A DNA stretch of 64,000 nucleotides from a bacterium (GTDB lineage Bacteria > Patescibacteriota > Saccharimonadia > Saccharimonadales > SZUA-47): the NCBI GenBank assembly GCA_030427125.1, contig JAUHXF010000002.1, positions 12,248 through 76,247 of the forward strand, read 5' to 3'. Positions 1-9,619 of this stretch are shown here, in pieces. The notes beneath the pieces were generated by a model. It saw only the letters and a list, made by a program, of their open reading frames with translations. It was not told the DNA's origin and made no database searches. A program made the translations under genes and the position numbers. The first letter of the stretch is position 1, and each line of letters starts with the position of its first letter.

Positions 1-2
1 AT

Positions 3-245
3 AAACGTCAGCAAACTATTAGCGAATTAGTCAAGAAGTATGAGATGAGCTTTGCTGCTGTAGCAAAGCATGTCAATGTGCTTGAAAAAGCAGGTCTTAT
101 ATCCAAGAGCAAGAAAGGCAAAGAGCAAATAATTACGATAAATGGCAGGAGCTTTGAGGAGGCGAACGAATACCTGCAAAATTATGCCATGTTGTGGAGC
201 GATAGGTTAGACCGTTTAGAACAAGTACTAAATAAGGAGAAGTAG
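3..245 (+). CDS. ArsR/SmtB-family transcriptional regulator (5' truncated by window edge)
   Basis: Frame open from position 3 (KRQQTISELVKKYEMSFAAVAKHVNVLEKAGLI), a winged-HTH pattern; directly followed by an SRPBCC gene, a common pairing. Confidence 0.8.
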   Translation, partial: KRQQTISELVKKYEMSFAAVAKHVNVLEKAGLISKSKKGKEQIITINGRSFEEANEYLQNYAMLWSDRLDRLEQVLNKEK

Positions 246-246
246 A

Positions 247-729
247 ATGAGTAATCAAAATAATGTAAAAGACGTTGTCATATCGAGGACCATAAATAGT
301 CCAATTCAGAAAGTATGGGATATGTGGGTTATACCTGAAAACTTTCAGAAATGGTATGGGCCAGAAGGCGCAAGTATTCCTGTAGCTGATATGGATGTTC
401 GAGTAGGCGGTAAGCGGTTTATTGCTATGGAAATGGATACACCAAACGGACCAATGATGATGTGGTTTACAGGTGAGTATCTTGAAGTAAGTCCAGTCAC
501 AAAACTTTCATATACAGAGGTGATAGCCGATAAAGATGGCAATATGATACCCCCGTCAGCAATGGGCATGCCAGGCGATGAGCCAGATATCACGACAGTC
601 ACAGTTGAGCTAACCGATATGGGTGATACAACGAAAATGGTGATGACGCATGCGGGCGTGCCTGCAGGCTCACCTGGCGAAACTGGCTGGAACATGGCCT
701 TAAATAAGCTTGAAAAAGCACTTAGTTAA
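247..729 (+). CDS. SRPBCC/AHSA1-domain protein
   Basis: ISRTINSPIQKVWDMW..PE..QKWYGP, DVRVGG, GEYLEV.P..KLSYT, GWNMALNKL are typical AHSA1/START-like motifs. Confidence 0.85.
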   Translation: MSNQNNVKDVVISRTINSPIQKVWDMWVIPENFQKWYGPEGASIPVADMDVRVGGKRFIAMEMDTPNGPMMMWFTGEYLEVSPVTKLSYTEVIADKDGNMIPPSAMGMPGDEPDITTVTVELTDMGDTTKMVMTHAGVPAGSPGETGWNMALNKLEKALS

Positions 730-828
730 GGTCTATAACCTTGTTTTCTATCTAGTGTAGCCTTTTTGCTATTACGGCTCATGAAGCTAGTTATAGCCCC
801 ACATCATGTTGTTATAATTAGTAATAAC

Positions 829-1248
829 ATGCATGACATAAAGAGCAGAACAACTAATCTGGGGTTGAACCCTGATAATTCAATAGTCATAGGTTCTGGA
901 ATCCTCAATGCTTTGAAGTTGCGAAAAAGCAATGATATTGATGTAGTTGTGTCTGATAGCGAGTACCAAAGATTAGCAGATGATAAGAAATTCAAAAAAG
1001 CTGAAAATCATGGACATGAAATACTGCAAGATGGGCTATTCGAAATTGGTACGTGCTGGGAGGTTCTCGGTAGAGAACAGTTGTTTGAAGACCTCATTAA
1101 ACATTCAATCGTGATGGATGATGTTCGTTATGTATCGATTGAATTTCTACTATCAGTTAAAAGAAGCTGGTTGAAGCAGAATGGAGCTCGTCAAAAAGAT
1201 GTCGATGACATTAAGCTTATCGAGGAATTTTTAGTAAATAGCATCTGA
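829..1248 (+). CDS. hypothetical protein, possible nucleotidyltransferase-like fold
   Basis: IVIGSGIL...R.SNDIDVVV (GS...DxD pattern) and C-terminal RQKDVDD; ATG at 829 follows TATAAT at 813-818. Confidence 0.5.
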   Translation: MHDIKSRTTNLGLNPDNSIVIGSGILNALKLRKSNDIDVVVSDSEYQRLADDKKFKKAENHGHEILQDGLFEIGTCWEVLGREQLFEDLIKHSIVMDDVRYVSIEFLLSVKRSWLKQNGARQKDVDDIKLIEEFLVNSI

Positions 1249-1319
1249 AAGCTCTATAAAACTCTTATCCAAGCACAGTATCTTCCACTCACTTCAACAT
1301 AAACAGAGAATCAGATACG

Positions 1320-3086
1320 TTATTTAATTGAAATATCATCCCAGTGCCAGGTGAAGGTTATGCCGGGGTTGTCTTTGGTTGGTGTGTAGTTGTGGTCTGC
1401 AAAGACTACTCTAACGTTGCCGCTAGGGAACGATCCACTACGGGTGTATTCAAAGAACGATCCATCTTCTTGTTCTATTCCATATGTTAATGTGCCATCA
1501 TTATTGTCTCTAAAGAAGTTTGTTCGTCTTGTTCTGATGCTTTCGAGTGCCGGGTCATCACCGTTGAACCAGCTGTCCGTCCACTTAGCCCAGTGCGCCT
1601 GAGTGTCATTGCCGTTATTGATTGCCATTTCATGGTTGAAGAAGCTTGTACCCACTGAACCGAGATCTCGATGGTTTGAGGTGTCACACGGTAGCCACTC
1701 AATTGCACAAGGTAGATTCTGAAAATTGAACTCATCCTCCGGTATAATTTTTATTTCCGGAAATTGTCTCGTACCAAGGTCTGTAATGTTGACGTCCCAC
1801 CGCACCTCTTCAACATTATTGAAAGATTGTTTAGGTGAAAAAGCTCCTATTGAGTAGCCAGAAGTATCACCAATACTTGTCATGAGGTGTGACGCGGCAT
1901 TATTACCACCAGGTACGCATCTGTAAATCCAGTCATCGTTAAAGTCACTATTTCTATCTCCTCTGGATATTGTTCTTTTTTCTTCTGGAGCAGAACATAG
2001 GTCATTTGGTCCTGTTGATTTGTGGTCACCTAGCCAGCTTGTAAATGCAACCACATTATCGTCACGATGGAATATGTCAAAATCGTAGCGGTCTTTCCAG
2101 TTGCTTTGCGTGAAGTCATCAAAAAAGTCTGCGTTACTTCCACTGCTATTTCCGCCACCACTTGAGCCACCTCCTGTGTTGTCTCCACCTCCGTCAGAAC
2201 CACCACTTGAGCCACCTCCTGTGTTGTCTCCACCTCCGTCAGAACCACCACTTGAGCCACCTCCTGTGTTGTCTCCACCGCTGCCTGAACCAGAGTCTGT
2301 GTTTGTAATATTGACTAGAGTTTTTTCAATTGTTTCATTACCTGAGTCATCTGTCGCTTTGACCTCGATAATTAGCTGCCCATTTGAGAAATCATTCGAA
2401 TTAACATTTAGCGTCCATGAATCAGTCCCATCTGCTACAAGCCATGTATCACTATCACCTAATTTCACGGAAACTTGGAATAAGCTTGTATTATCGTTTG
2501 CTACTCCTTTTACACTGAAGCTGCCTGTTATATCCGCTCCTAGTTCAGGGCTATCTATTGAAATAGTTGGAGGTGTTTTATCCTCAAAACCTGAAACATC
2601 TGTAGGGTAGTCAATGCGTAGCGTATAGGATGCTCCAGTTTCCGTTAAGGGCTCTTCTGACGATACAAAGAAGGTGTAATCGCTAGGTTCAACTAATTCT
2701 CTAATTTTTATTTTTTGGCCTGGACTAGTAGATTTAGTCTTATTAATAACTTCTCCATCTGAATCAAGGAAGGTTAATATGTAACGCACTTTGTCTTCAT
2801 TGTTACTGGTTTGGTCAGTTAGCGTTGCCACTAATTCGCCAGAACCCTCGACTCTTAAAAGGTGCTGTCGACTCGGATTGCTGTCAGTCAATGTGCTTTT
2901 AAATACAGCACGATCTTCCGTTAGTGCTCTATACGCATAAACTGAACCTGCAGCTAGAGTTACTAGCACCAGTGAAACGATAAAAACCATTATTACCGGT
3001 CTTCTGCGATGATGATCTCTAATTTTTTCAGTGAAGTTGTAGCCTACTTGAACATTTTCATCTTTTGACTTTTTGTTCCAGAACAT
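1320..3086 (-). CDS. membrane-anchored surface protein with Ig-like domain, Gly/Ser linker and C-terminal beta-rich domain
   Basis: N-terminal TM (VIMVFIVSLVLVTLAAGSVYAY); DKTPPTISIDSP...VKGVANDN...IEVKATDDSGN is a bacterial Ig-like pattern; GGDNTGGGSSGGSDG repeats. Confidence 0.7.
   Translation of the reverse strand: MFWNKKSKDENVQVGYNFTEKIRDHHRRRPVIMVFIVSLVLVTLAAGSVYAYRALTEDRAVFKSTLTDSNPSRQHLLRVEGSGELVATLTDQTSNNEDKVRYILTFLDSDGEVINKTKSTSPGQKIKIRELVEPSDYTFFVSSEEPLTETGASYTLRIDYPTDVSGFEDKTPPTISIDSPELGADITGSFSVKGVANDNTSLFQVSVKLGDSDTWLVADGTDSWTLNVNSNDFSNGQLIIEVKATDDSGNETIEKTLVNITNTDSGSGSGGDNTGGGSSGGSDGGGDNTGGGSSGGSDGGGDNTGGGSSGGGNSSGSNADFFDDFTQSNWKDRYDFDIFHRDDNVVAFTSWLGDHKSTGPNDLCSAPEEKRTISRGDRNSDFNDDWIYRCVPGGNNAASHLMTSIGDTSGYSIGAFSPKQSFNNVEEVRWDVNITDLGTRQFPEIKIIPEDEFNFQNLPCAIEWLPCDTSNHRDLGSVGTSFFNHEMAINNGNDTQAHWAKWTDSWFNGDDPALESIRTRRTNFFRDNNDGTLTYGIEQEDGSFFEYTRSGSFPSGNVRVVFADHNYTPTKDNPGITFTWHWDDISIK
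2155..2279. repeat. 45-bp tandem repeat (2 full copies plus a 35-bp partial) encoding a Gly/Ser linker
   Basis: Unit ccaccacttgagccacctcctgtgttgtctccacctccgtcagaa at 2155-2199 and 2200-2244, partial at 2245-2279; exact copies. Confidence 0.95.
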
Positions 3087-3349
3087 ATATTTACCTCTTA
3101 TCCTTATTTGATAATAGCATCTTTTAAAAATGCCTTGTAAACAATATGAAGTCCCAGAAGGAGACTAGAATAATTTCAATAAGCATGAGTTGTTGAATCT
3201 AAAGTGTAATAGATGTTGATTTCACTGAAGCTATGGTCTATATCGTTCTAAGGTGTGATATCCAGCAACTTTTTAATGTGATAAAAATAGCACTATTTTC
3301 GTATCGAATTTTACAGAAACAATACTCATTCATTCGTATCATTCAGTGT

Positions 3350-3451
3350 ATGAAAGGAAATAGCGCATATAGCGCACTCGGTGTTGCGACGATAGCTATC
3401 GTCAGCGCTACCGCAGTGTTTGTCACACTAAACCTTGCCCTAGTAAGCTAA
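3350..3451 (+). CDS. possible small single-TM peptide (33 aa)
   Basis: MKGNSAYSALGVATIAIVSATAVFVTLNLALVS: basic start plus hydrophobic helix, in an otherwise intergenic region. Confidence 0.3.
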   Translation: MKGNSAYSALGVATIAIVSATAVFVTLNLALVS

Positions 3452-3543
3452 TCCTACTAAAGGGATTGACGAGGGTTCTTCTGCTCAAATTTTCTAAAAA
3501 AACGTTATATGTTAATCTCAAGTTGTAAACAAGGATAAGCACA

Positions 3544-4326
3544 ATGAAAAAACATGAACGGAACGGATTTAGTCACGTTGCAATTCTTGCAATCGTCGTC
3601 GTAGTGGCGGTTGTGGGGTTCGCCGGGTGGCGAGTCGCAAATAATAGTGAAGATACATCTCTTTCAATAGATTCGTCTGAAGGTGTAGAAGCTGAAGAAC
3701 AACTGCCAAATAATCTCGAAGGCCTGAAGACACTTGAGGAAATAGAGGCTTCGCTTGCACTTGAAGATGACGTGCAGGTTGGAGAGTATTCCCTTGAGAA
3801 TGACGATGGTGTCGTTATTTATGTATTGAAACTAAGTGATGGTAGAGAGCTAAAAATTAATGCAGCCACTGGTGAAGTTCTTTCAGATGAGCACGACGAT
3901 TCCTCAGATTCAGAAGAAGATGAAGACTCACACTCAGGCTCGGACTCTGATTCAAGTTCTAGCAGAGAAAAGAAAGTCTCAGCACAAATCAGCACCAGCG
4001 AAGCGTATCGTATTGCCGCCTCAAAACATAGCAGTCCGGTAAAAGAGATTGAGCTTGAACGAGAAGATAATAGGGCTACGTACAAAATAGAATATAAAGA
4101 TGGTTCAAAGATTGAAATTGATGCTGTCAATGGCTCAATATTAAAATTAGATATACGCAGCGATTCTCGCTCTGGTTCTTCAAATGATGAGCATGAGAAC
4201 GACGATGAAGATGAGCACGAAGACGAAGACGAGGATGAGGATGAGGATGAAGATGAAGATGAAGACGAGGACGAAGATGAAGACGAGGACGAAGATGAAG
4301 ACGAGGACGAGGACGAGGACGATTAA
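3544..4326 (+). CDS. PepSY-domain surface protein with prepilin-like N-terminus and acidic tail
   Basis: RNGFSHVAILAIVVVVAVVGFAGWRV leader; two PepSY-like units ending ELKINAATGEVL and KIEIDAVNGSIL; (ED)n C-terminus. Confidence 0.8.
   Translation: MKKHERNGFSHVAILAIVVVVAVVGFAGWRVANNSEDTSLSIDSSEGVEAEEQLPNNLEGLKTLEEIEASLALEDDVQVGEYSLENDDGVVIYVLKLSDGRELKINAATGEVLSDEHDDSSDSEEDEDSHSGSDSDSSSSREKKVSAQISTSEAYRIAASKHSSPVKEIELEREDNRATYKIEYKDGSKIEIDAVNGSILKLDIRSDSRSGSSNDEHENDDEDEHEDEDEDEDEDEDEDEDEDEDEDEDEDEDEDEDEDD
4186..4323 (+). repeat. low-complexity GAR/GAY repeat encoding a poly-(Glu-Asp) tail
   Basis: Run of gaa/gag/gac/gat codons, including the 18-mer gaagacgaggacgaagat at 4261 and 4279. Confidence 0.9.
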
Positions 4327-4407
4327 AACATCCTTACCTTTAATTCCATAAAATAATGTACGAGCGTCTCGTACGAACTATATCAGTTGCGGTATACTAG
4401 TGCACAT

Positions 4408-5841
4408 ATGAGCAACTATTACGTCACAACTGCTATTCCATATGTTAATGCAACGCCACACATCGGCAACGCGATGGATTTTCTGTATGCCGACATTCTT
4501 GCGCGTTATCACCGCCAGCAAGGAGATGAAGTGTTGTTTGCAACGGGAGCTGACGAGCATGGACTAAAAATCGCAGAACGTGCTGAAAAAGATGGTACCA
4601 CACCACAGCAGTTAGTTGATTCTCTTGCGCCAGCATGGCAAGATTTTTTGAAGAAAGCTGGTATAAGCAATGATTTATTTATACGGACGACAAGTCCAGA
4701 ACATAAAAAGCGTGTTGAGCAAATCTGGAAAAAGCTAAGCGACTATATCTACAAAGACTCATATATAGGTTGGTACTGTGTTGGCTGCGAAGAGTACAAA
4801 ACCGAAACGCACGTAAAAGAGACTGATGGCACGTGTCCGCTCCACAATCGAGCTTATGATGAAATTCAAGAAGAAAACTATTTCCTCAAACTTAGCGCAT
4901 TCAATGATCGTCTGAAAGAAGCTGTTAGTGCTAATATCCTCAAAATCACACCAAGCTCTAGAAAAAACGAGATCATGCACGTATTTGAGCAAGGTCTTGA
5001 GGACCTCAGTATTTCCCGTCCTGCGGAGAAGCTTTCTTGGGGCGTGCCAGTTCCTGGTGATGCAACTCAGACTATGTATGTATGGTTTGATGCGGTCTGT
5101 AACTATATCACCGTTCTTGGGTATCCAGATGACAAGAACTTCAAAGATTTTTGGCCGGCGAATGTGCAGGTTATCGGGAAAGACATACTACGCTTTCATG
5201 CGGCGATATGGCCAGCAATATTGATGGGGCTTGGTCTGCCACTGCAGGATAATTTATATGTGCATGGCCATGTATCATCCGAGGGTAAAAAGATGAGTAA
5301 ATCGCTCGGAAACGTCGTTGATCCTACCGAAGTCATCGATACATATGGGCTTGATGCGTTTCGTTATTACTTTGCGCGCCATATTTCGAGTTACGATGAT
5401 GGAGATTTTTCTTGGGAGAAGTATAAAGAGGTCTATAATGCTGAACTTGCTAATGAGTTGGGCAACGCTGTCTCACGCGTCGCCTCCATGATCAAGAAGT
5501 ACCAAGACGGCGTTATTGGCGACATCCCAGGAGATGAACATGATGATACGCGTTATCACGAGGCGCTTGCAGTGTTTCGATTTGATCATGCGCTCGAGGT
5601 GACATGGGAGCAAATTCGTGGCCTCAATCAGTACATTGAAGATGTGAAGCCGTGGCAAATCGCTAAAGAAGACGACCCAGAGCATTTACAAGAAGTTCTT
5701 GCGACTATGGCCAGCGACCTGCTGGAAATAGCCGAGCTCGTTCAGCCGTTTATGCCCGCAACCGCAGCAAAGATTCAGACAGTATTCGGCGACGGAATGA
5801 TACGCGAACTTGATGGCCCGCTTTTCCCGCGAGCAGAGTAG
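4408..5841 (+). CDS. metG: methionine--tRNA ligase (short form)
   Basis: YVTTAIPYVNATPHIGN, TGADEHG, YVWFDA, IGKDI.RFH, KMSKS; start set at ATG 4408. Confidence 0.97.
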   Translation: MSNYYVTTAIPYVNATPHIGNAMDFLYADILARYHRQQGDEVLFATGADEHGLKIAERAEKDGTTPQQLVDSLAPAWQDFLKKAGISNDLFIRTTSPEHKKRVEQIWKKLSDYIYKDSYIGWYCVGCEEYKTETHVKETDGTCPLHNRAYDEIQEENYFLKLSAFNDRLKEAVSANILKITPSSRKNEIMHVFEQGLEDLSISRPAEKLSWGVPVPGDATQTMYVWFDAVCNYITVLGYPDDKNFKDFWPANVQVIGKDILRFHAAIWPAILMGLGLPLQDNLYVHGHVSSEGKKMSKSLGNVVDPTEVIDTYGLDAFRYYFARHISSYDDGDFSWEKYKEVYNAELANELGNAVSRVASMIKKYQDGVIGDIPGDEHDDTRYHEALAVFRFDHALEVTWEQIRGLNQYIEDVKPWQIAKEDDPEHLQEVLATMASDLLEIAELVQPFMPATAAKIQTVFGDGMIRELDGPLFPRAE

Positions 5842-5844
5842 TGT

Positions 5845-6639
5845 ATGCAATTTATTGATACGCATTGTCATATTCATGATTCAGAGTTTCTGAAAAAATA
5901 TGATGAATCTCAAGATGAGCTCGTCAACTCTGCGGCTGAGCACGGTGTCACGGAATTAATCTGTGTCGGAACGGACGTAAAGAGCAGCAGAGAGGCAGTA
6001 GTATTCGCCGATACAAGGTCTAATGTTTTCGCATCTGTAGCAGTTCATCCACACGAAGCGAAAGAAATGACGCATGAAGACTGTAATACCGCAGTAGCAG
6101 CGCTAAATAGTCTCCTGATAGATAATCCGTGTATTGTTGCAATAGGAGAGTGCGGGCTAGATTACTACTATCATGAATCACAAGAAGTTCGCAATAGACA
6201 GGAGTACCTATTCAGACTGCATATCGAGCTAGCACTGCAATACCAGCTGCCGCTTATATTTCATATTCGAGAAGCGTTTGATGATTTTTTCCGTATTGTC
6301 GATGAATATGAGGGTGTAACAGGCGTGGTACATAGCTTTTCGGCTAGCCCTGAGGAGTTACAAGGTGTTATTTCGCGTGGACTCTTTGTTGGACTCAATG
6401 GTATAATGACGTTCTCAAAACAGAAATCTCAACTAGAAGCCGCGAAAAACGTGCCTCTCGAGAAGCTCGTGCTAGAAACAGATGCACCATTCTTGACCCC
6501 AGTGCCATTTCGTGGTAAAATATGCAAGCCTGAGCACATAGTGCAGACGGCACAGTTCTTGCGAGAACTACGAGGAGAGAGTCTCGAAGAGCTAGCAGAC
6601 AGCACAACGGCAAATGCCAAAAAGTTGTTTGGAATATAA
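5845..6639 (+). CDS. tatD: TatD-family hydrolase/DNase
   Basis: IDTHCH, VHPH, AIGECGLDYY, H.REA, VVHSF, LETDAPFL; metG-tatD adjacency is conserved. Confidence 0.95.
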   Translation: MQFIDTHCHIHDSEFLKKYDESQDELVNSAAEHGVTELICVGTDVKSSREAVVFADTRSNVFASVAVHPHEAKEMTHEDCNTAVAALNSLLIDNPCIVAIGECGLDYYYHESQEVRNRQEYLFRLHIELALQYQLPLIFHIREAFDDFFRIVDEYEGVTGVVHSFSASPEELQGVISRGLFVGLNGIMTFSKQKSQLEAAKNVPLEKLVLETDAPFLTPVPFRGKICKPEHIVQTAQFLRELRGESLEELADSTTANAKKLFGI

Positions 6640-6651
6640 GGGAGAGTGTAA

Positions 6652-7122
6652 GTGTTGGACGATATTACAAAAGGATTTGAAAATATCATGGGCCTTCGAA
6701 AGAGTGAAGGTTTTACTAATATTGAGGTACAGCCTCAATCCTTTGGTGATATTGTTGAATTCCGAGAGCGAGTTGTAGAGGGTGCTGTAGTATGGGCGAA
6801 TACTGCAGTAAATCGCACGATTGAAGCACAGCCGGAAATTGAAGCGGGTGTCGCTCAATTAGCGGACCATTACGATGTGATTGGACGAATTACAGGTGTT
6901 GAAGTTGATAAGGGTGGACAAGTAGGCGATGCAGAGTCGTTAGAAAAAGTCTTAAAGCAACATGGGCAGTCAGCAAAGGTTCTAAATGATTCACCGCAAA
7001 CTAAAGTTCCAGAACGTGAATTCACTGCGACAGTTGCAGAATTGACTGCACGTGCTAATAGAGCTGCAGACGCCAATCCATCACTAGGTGATCATACCCA
7101 ACGATTACCTGCTGCAGCATAA
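6652..7122 (+). CDS. hypothetical protein (ORFan-like)
   Basis: 156-aa ORF filling the gap, GGGAG-type RBS upstream; no motif recognised. Confidence 0.55.
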   Translation: MLDDITKGFENIMGLRKSEGFTNIEVQPQSFGDIVEFRERVVEGAVVWANTAVNRTIEAQPEIEAGVAQLADHYDVIGRITGVEVDKGGQVGDAESLEKVLKQHGQSAKVLNDSPQTKVPEREFTATVAELTARANRAADANPSLGDHTQRLPAAA

Positions 7123-7131
7123 GAGGTAACA

Positions 7132-7509
7132 ATGAATATCTTTACGCAATTTTTCAGAAATAAAGATCAAAATACTGTAGACCGAGAACGGGTGCTACAC
7201 GATCTTATGAAGCGTGAATCAGAGCTTTCTAAGGATATTTTTGGGAAAGTAAAGCCTGGCAGTACTCGCGAATTCTTCTGTCTCGATATGAATACTTGGG
7301 TTTGGTACGAGTCATGGGTAGATGAGCAAGGTCAAAAGCACGATGTCATGACTCGTTATGTGGTTCGTGAGACTGAAGTCGTCAAATCTCAAAACGGCGG
7401 CGCGTACCATCGTCTAACAGTATCTGAAGCAAAGAATTTTAGAAATGCAGTGAATGCATACCACGCAAAAATAAAGAATAATCTATATACGCGACCGAAA
7501 CCTGCGTAA
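7132..7509 (+). CDS. conserved hypothetical protein
   Basis: GAGG RBS, well-packed ORF with aromatic motif REFFCLD..TWVWYE. Confidence 0.7.
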   Translation: MNIFTQFFRNKDQNTVDRERVLHDLMKRESELSKDIFGKVKPGSTREFFCLDMNTWVWYESWVDEQGQKHDVMTRYVVRETEVVKSQNGGAYHRLTVSEAKNFRNAVNAYHAKIKNNLYTRPKPA

Positions 7510-7518
7510 TATAGCAGT

Positions 7519-8655
7519 ATGAATCCTGTTTATCTTGATTATGCAGCAGCAACACCAGTTGATTCTGATGTGCTTGAGGTTATGAAGCCATATTTTAGTG
7601 ACGAATTTTATAATCCATCAGCGCTGTACACCGGAGCACGAGAAGCGAAAGAAGCATTAGAGAACGCAAGACATTCAGTTGCAAAAACAATTGGTGCGCG
7701 GCCAAGCGAGATAGTATTCACCGCTGGCGGAACAGAATCGGCTAATCTCGCTGTGCGTGGTGTGATGGAGCGCTATCCGGAAGCTGAGTGTATTACCTCC
7801 AGCATCGAACACGATGCAGTACGTGCGCCCGCACATCGGTATTCATGCATCGAAGTAGCAGTAGATAAGACTGGTAGAGTTGACCTTGTCTCATTAGAAA
7901 AAAGCATTTCCGACAATACCGTGCTTGTTTCAGTGATGCTTGTAAATAATGAAATCGGCACTGTACAGCCGATTAAAGAAATTGTTGACCTGGTGCATGA
8001 TATCCGTCGTAAACGAAAAATGCGGAAAATTACATTGCCACTTTACGTGCATACAGATGCATGTCAGGCGCCAAATTATCTAGATATTCATGTTGCGCGA
8101 CTAGGCATTGATATGATGACGCTTAATGGTGGTAAAATCTACGGTCCAAAGCAGTCTGGGATCTTATACGTTCGAACAGGCGTTACATTGAACCCACAAA
8201 TTCTAGGCGGTGGTCAGGAATTTGGGGTGAGAAGCGGCACAGAGAATGTCGCGTTTGCTGTTGGTTTTGCGCATGCACTAGAGAATGCAGTACGTAATCG
8301 ATCAGAATTAATGAAAGACACGACTGCATTGCAAAAATATTTCGTTCGCGAGCTCGAAAAGCTTGGCGGTGAACTACAAGGTCACGGGAAGCTTCGTGTA
8401 CCAAATAATATTCTCGTTACTTTTTCGGGCAGTGACAATGAACGGGTGCTCTTTTCTCTTGATGAGCAAGGCGTATGGGCAGCATCAGGCTCAGCGTGTA
8501 GTGCCAGTAATGATGAAGTATCGCATGTTTTAACTGCGCTAGGACTTTCTGATGTTGATGCGCGCAGTTCGATTCGATTTTCTCTCGGTAAGCACACCAC
8601 GAAGGCAGAAATTGATAAAACTATCAAAGCACTAGAAATAGCGCTTAAAGCATGA
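7519..8655 (+). CDS. iscS: cysteine desulfurase (IscS/NifS family)
   Basis: YLDYAAATP, FTAGGTES, NNEIGT, HTDACQA, KIYGPK, RSGTEN, SGSACS (catalytic Cys). Confidence 0.93.
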   Translation: MNPVYLDYAAATPVDSDVLEVMKPYFSDEFYNPSALYTGAREAKEALENARHSVAKTIGARPSEIVFTAGGTESANLAVRGVMERYPEAECITSSIEHDAVRAPAHRYSCIEVAVDKTGRVDLVSLEKSISDNTVLVSVMLVNNEIGTVQPIKEIVDLVHDIRRKRKMRKITLPLYVHTDACQAPNYLDIHVARLGIDMMTLNGGKIYGPKQSGILYVRTGVTLNPQILGGGQEFGVRSGTENVAFAVGFAHALENAVRNRSELMKDTTALQKYFVRELEKLGGELQGHGKLRVPNNILVTFSGSDNERVLFSLDEQGVWAASGSACSASNDEVSHVLTALGLSDVDARSSIRFSLGKHTTKAEIDKTIKALEIALKA

Positions 8656-8739
8656 CTGGAACTGACATACTTTAGTCAGTTGTGGCTCAAAAGCAAAAGC
8701 GGTATACTATCTCTTGTAAAGGGCACCGTTATATTCCCA

Positions 8740-9582
8740 ATGATTAAAAAAATAAAAACCAGTTTATCGCCAAAACGACTATTGTCGTTGTTTGGCCTAG
8801 TAGCGCTTGCGGTATTTGCGCAGCTTGGTTCTGTTGGAGCGCAAACAGTAACACAAGGTTATTCGAGTGATGAGCCATTACAGCGCGCAACGATAGTTTC
8901 ACTCGTGCAGGATGACCCGCTGAAGGTTGAGGCTGCTTCACTTGATAATATTGAGCGTCTACACGGTGTTGTTGTTGCTCGTAACGACGCCACCTTTGTC
9001 TTGACGGCAGAAGAAGAGCAGACACTTGTGACAACGAACGGTCGTTTTGAGGCTTTTGTTAGCAACGAGAATGGCCCTATTGAACTTGGCGATTTTATTA
9101 CTGTTTCACGAGTAAACGGAATTGGTATGAAGGCGGGAGATATTGAACCCTCCATTATTGGAAAAGCTAATGGCGTTTTTGATGGTGAAACAGATGTGTT
9201 AAGTACAAGTGAAATCGATGTAAACGGGGTTACACAAAAAGTCGCTATCGGGCGGGTCCAGATTGACATTGGAGTGGCAGGAAATCCACTTTTTAGACCT
9301 ACTCAAACAAATGTACCAGGTGTTCTACAGCGATTAGCGGAAAATGTTGCGCAGAAACCAGTTAGCGCTGCTCGGATTTATATTAGCCTTACCGTGTTCT
9401 TTGGAGCATTGATCGTGGCTGGAACATTACTGTATTCTGGCGTGCGATCAAGCGTTATCTCGGTTGGTCGTAACCCGCTTAGTAAGAAATCAATTACAAA
9501 GAGTTTAATTCAGATTATTCTAACCTCAGTTATCATTTTGCTTCTTGGTGTATTTGGCGTATATTTATTACTGAGAATATAA
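8740..9582 (+). CDS. secreted-domain protein fused to an ATP synthase subunit c-like hairpin (no ion-binding carboxylate)
   Basis: Signal peptide ending SVGA|Q, ~190-aa soluble domain, then TM-SVISVGRNPLSKKSI-TM at the C-terminus; occupies the atpE position of the operon. Confidence 0.65.
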   Translation: MIKKIKTSLSPKRLLSLFGLVALAVFAQLGSVGAQTVTQGYSSDEPLQRATIVSLVQDDPLKVEAASLDNIERLHGVVVARNDATFVLTAEEEQTLVTTNGRFEAFVSNENGPIELGDFITVSRVNGIGMKAGDIEPSIIGKANGVFDGETDVLSTSEIDVNGVTQKVAIGRVQIDIGVAGNPLFRPTQTNVPGVLQRLAENVAQKPVSAARIYISLTVFFGALIVAGTLLYSGVRSSVISVGRNPLSKKSITKSLIQIILTSVIILLLGVFGVYLLLRI

Positions 9583-9619
9583 GCATAAAAATTTTAGCGG
9601 TGGGAGCGCATAACAACAG

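Noticed and set aside
2155..2279. CRISPR-like repeat array
   Set aside because: Head-to-tail repeats with no spacers, in frame within a CDS; no cas genes.
2101..2610. Pro-rich + strand ORF and many other overlapping short ORFs in the track (e.g. 30523-31044, 31461-32042, 48932-49372, 63170-63830)
   Set aside because: Antisense or alternate-frame shadows of well-supported genes.
4408..5841. HIGN instead of HIGH and missing C-terminal domain in MetRS; short AlaRS
   Set aside because: Known variants of these synthetases in reduced genomes; not novel.
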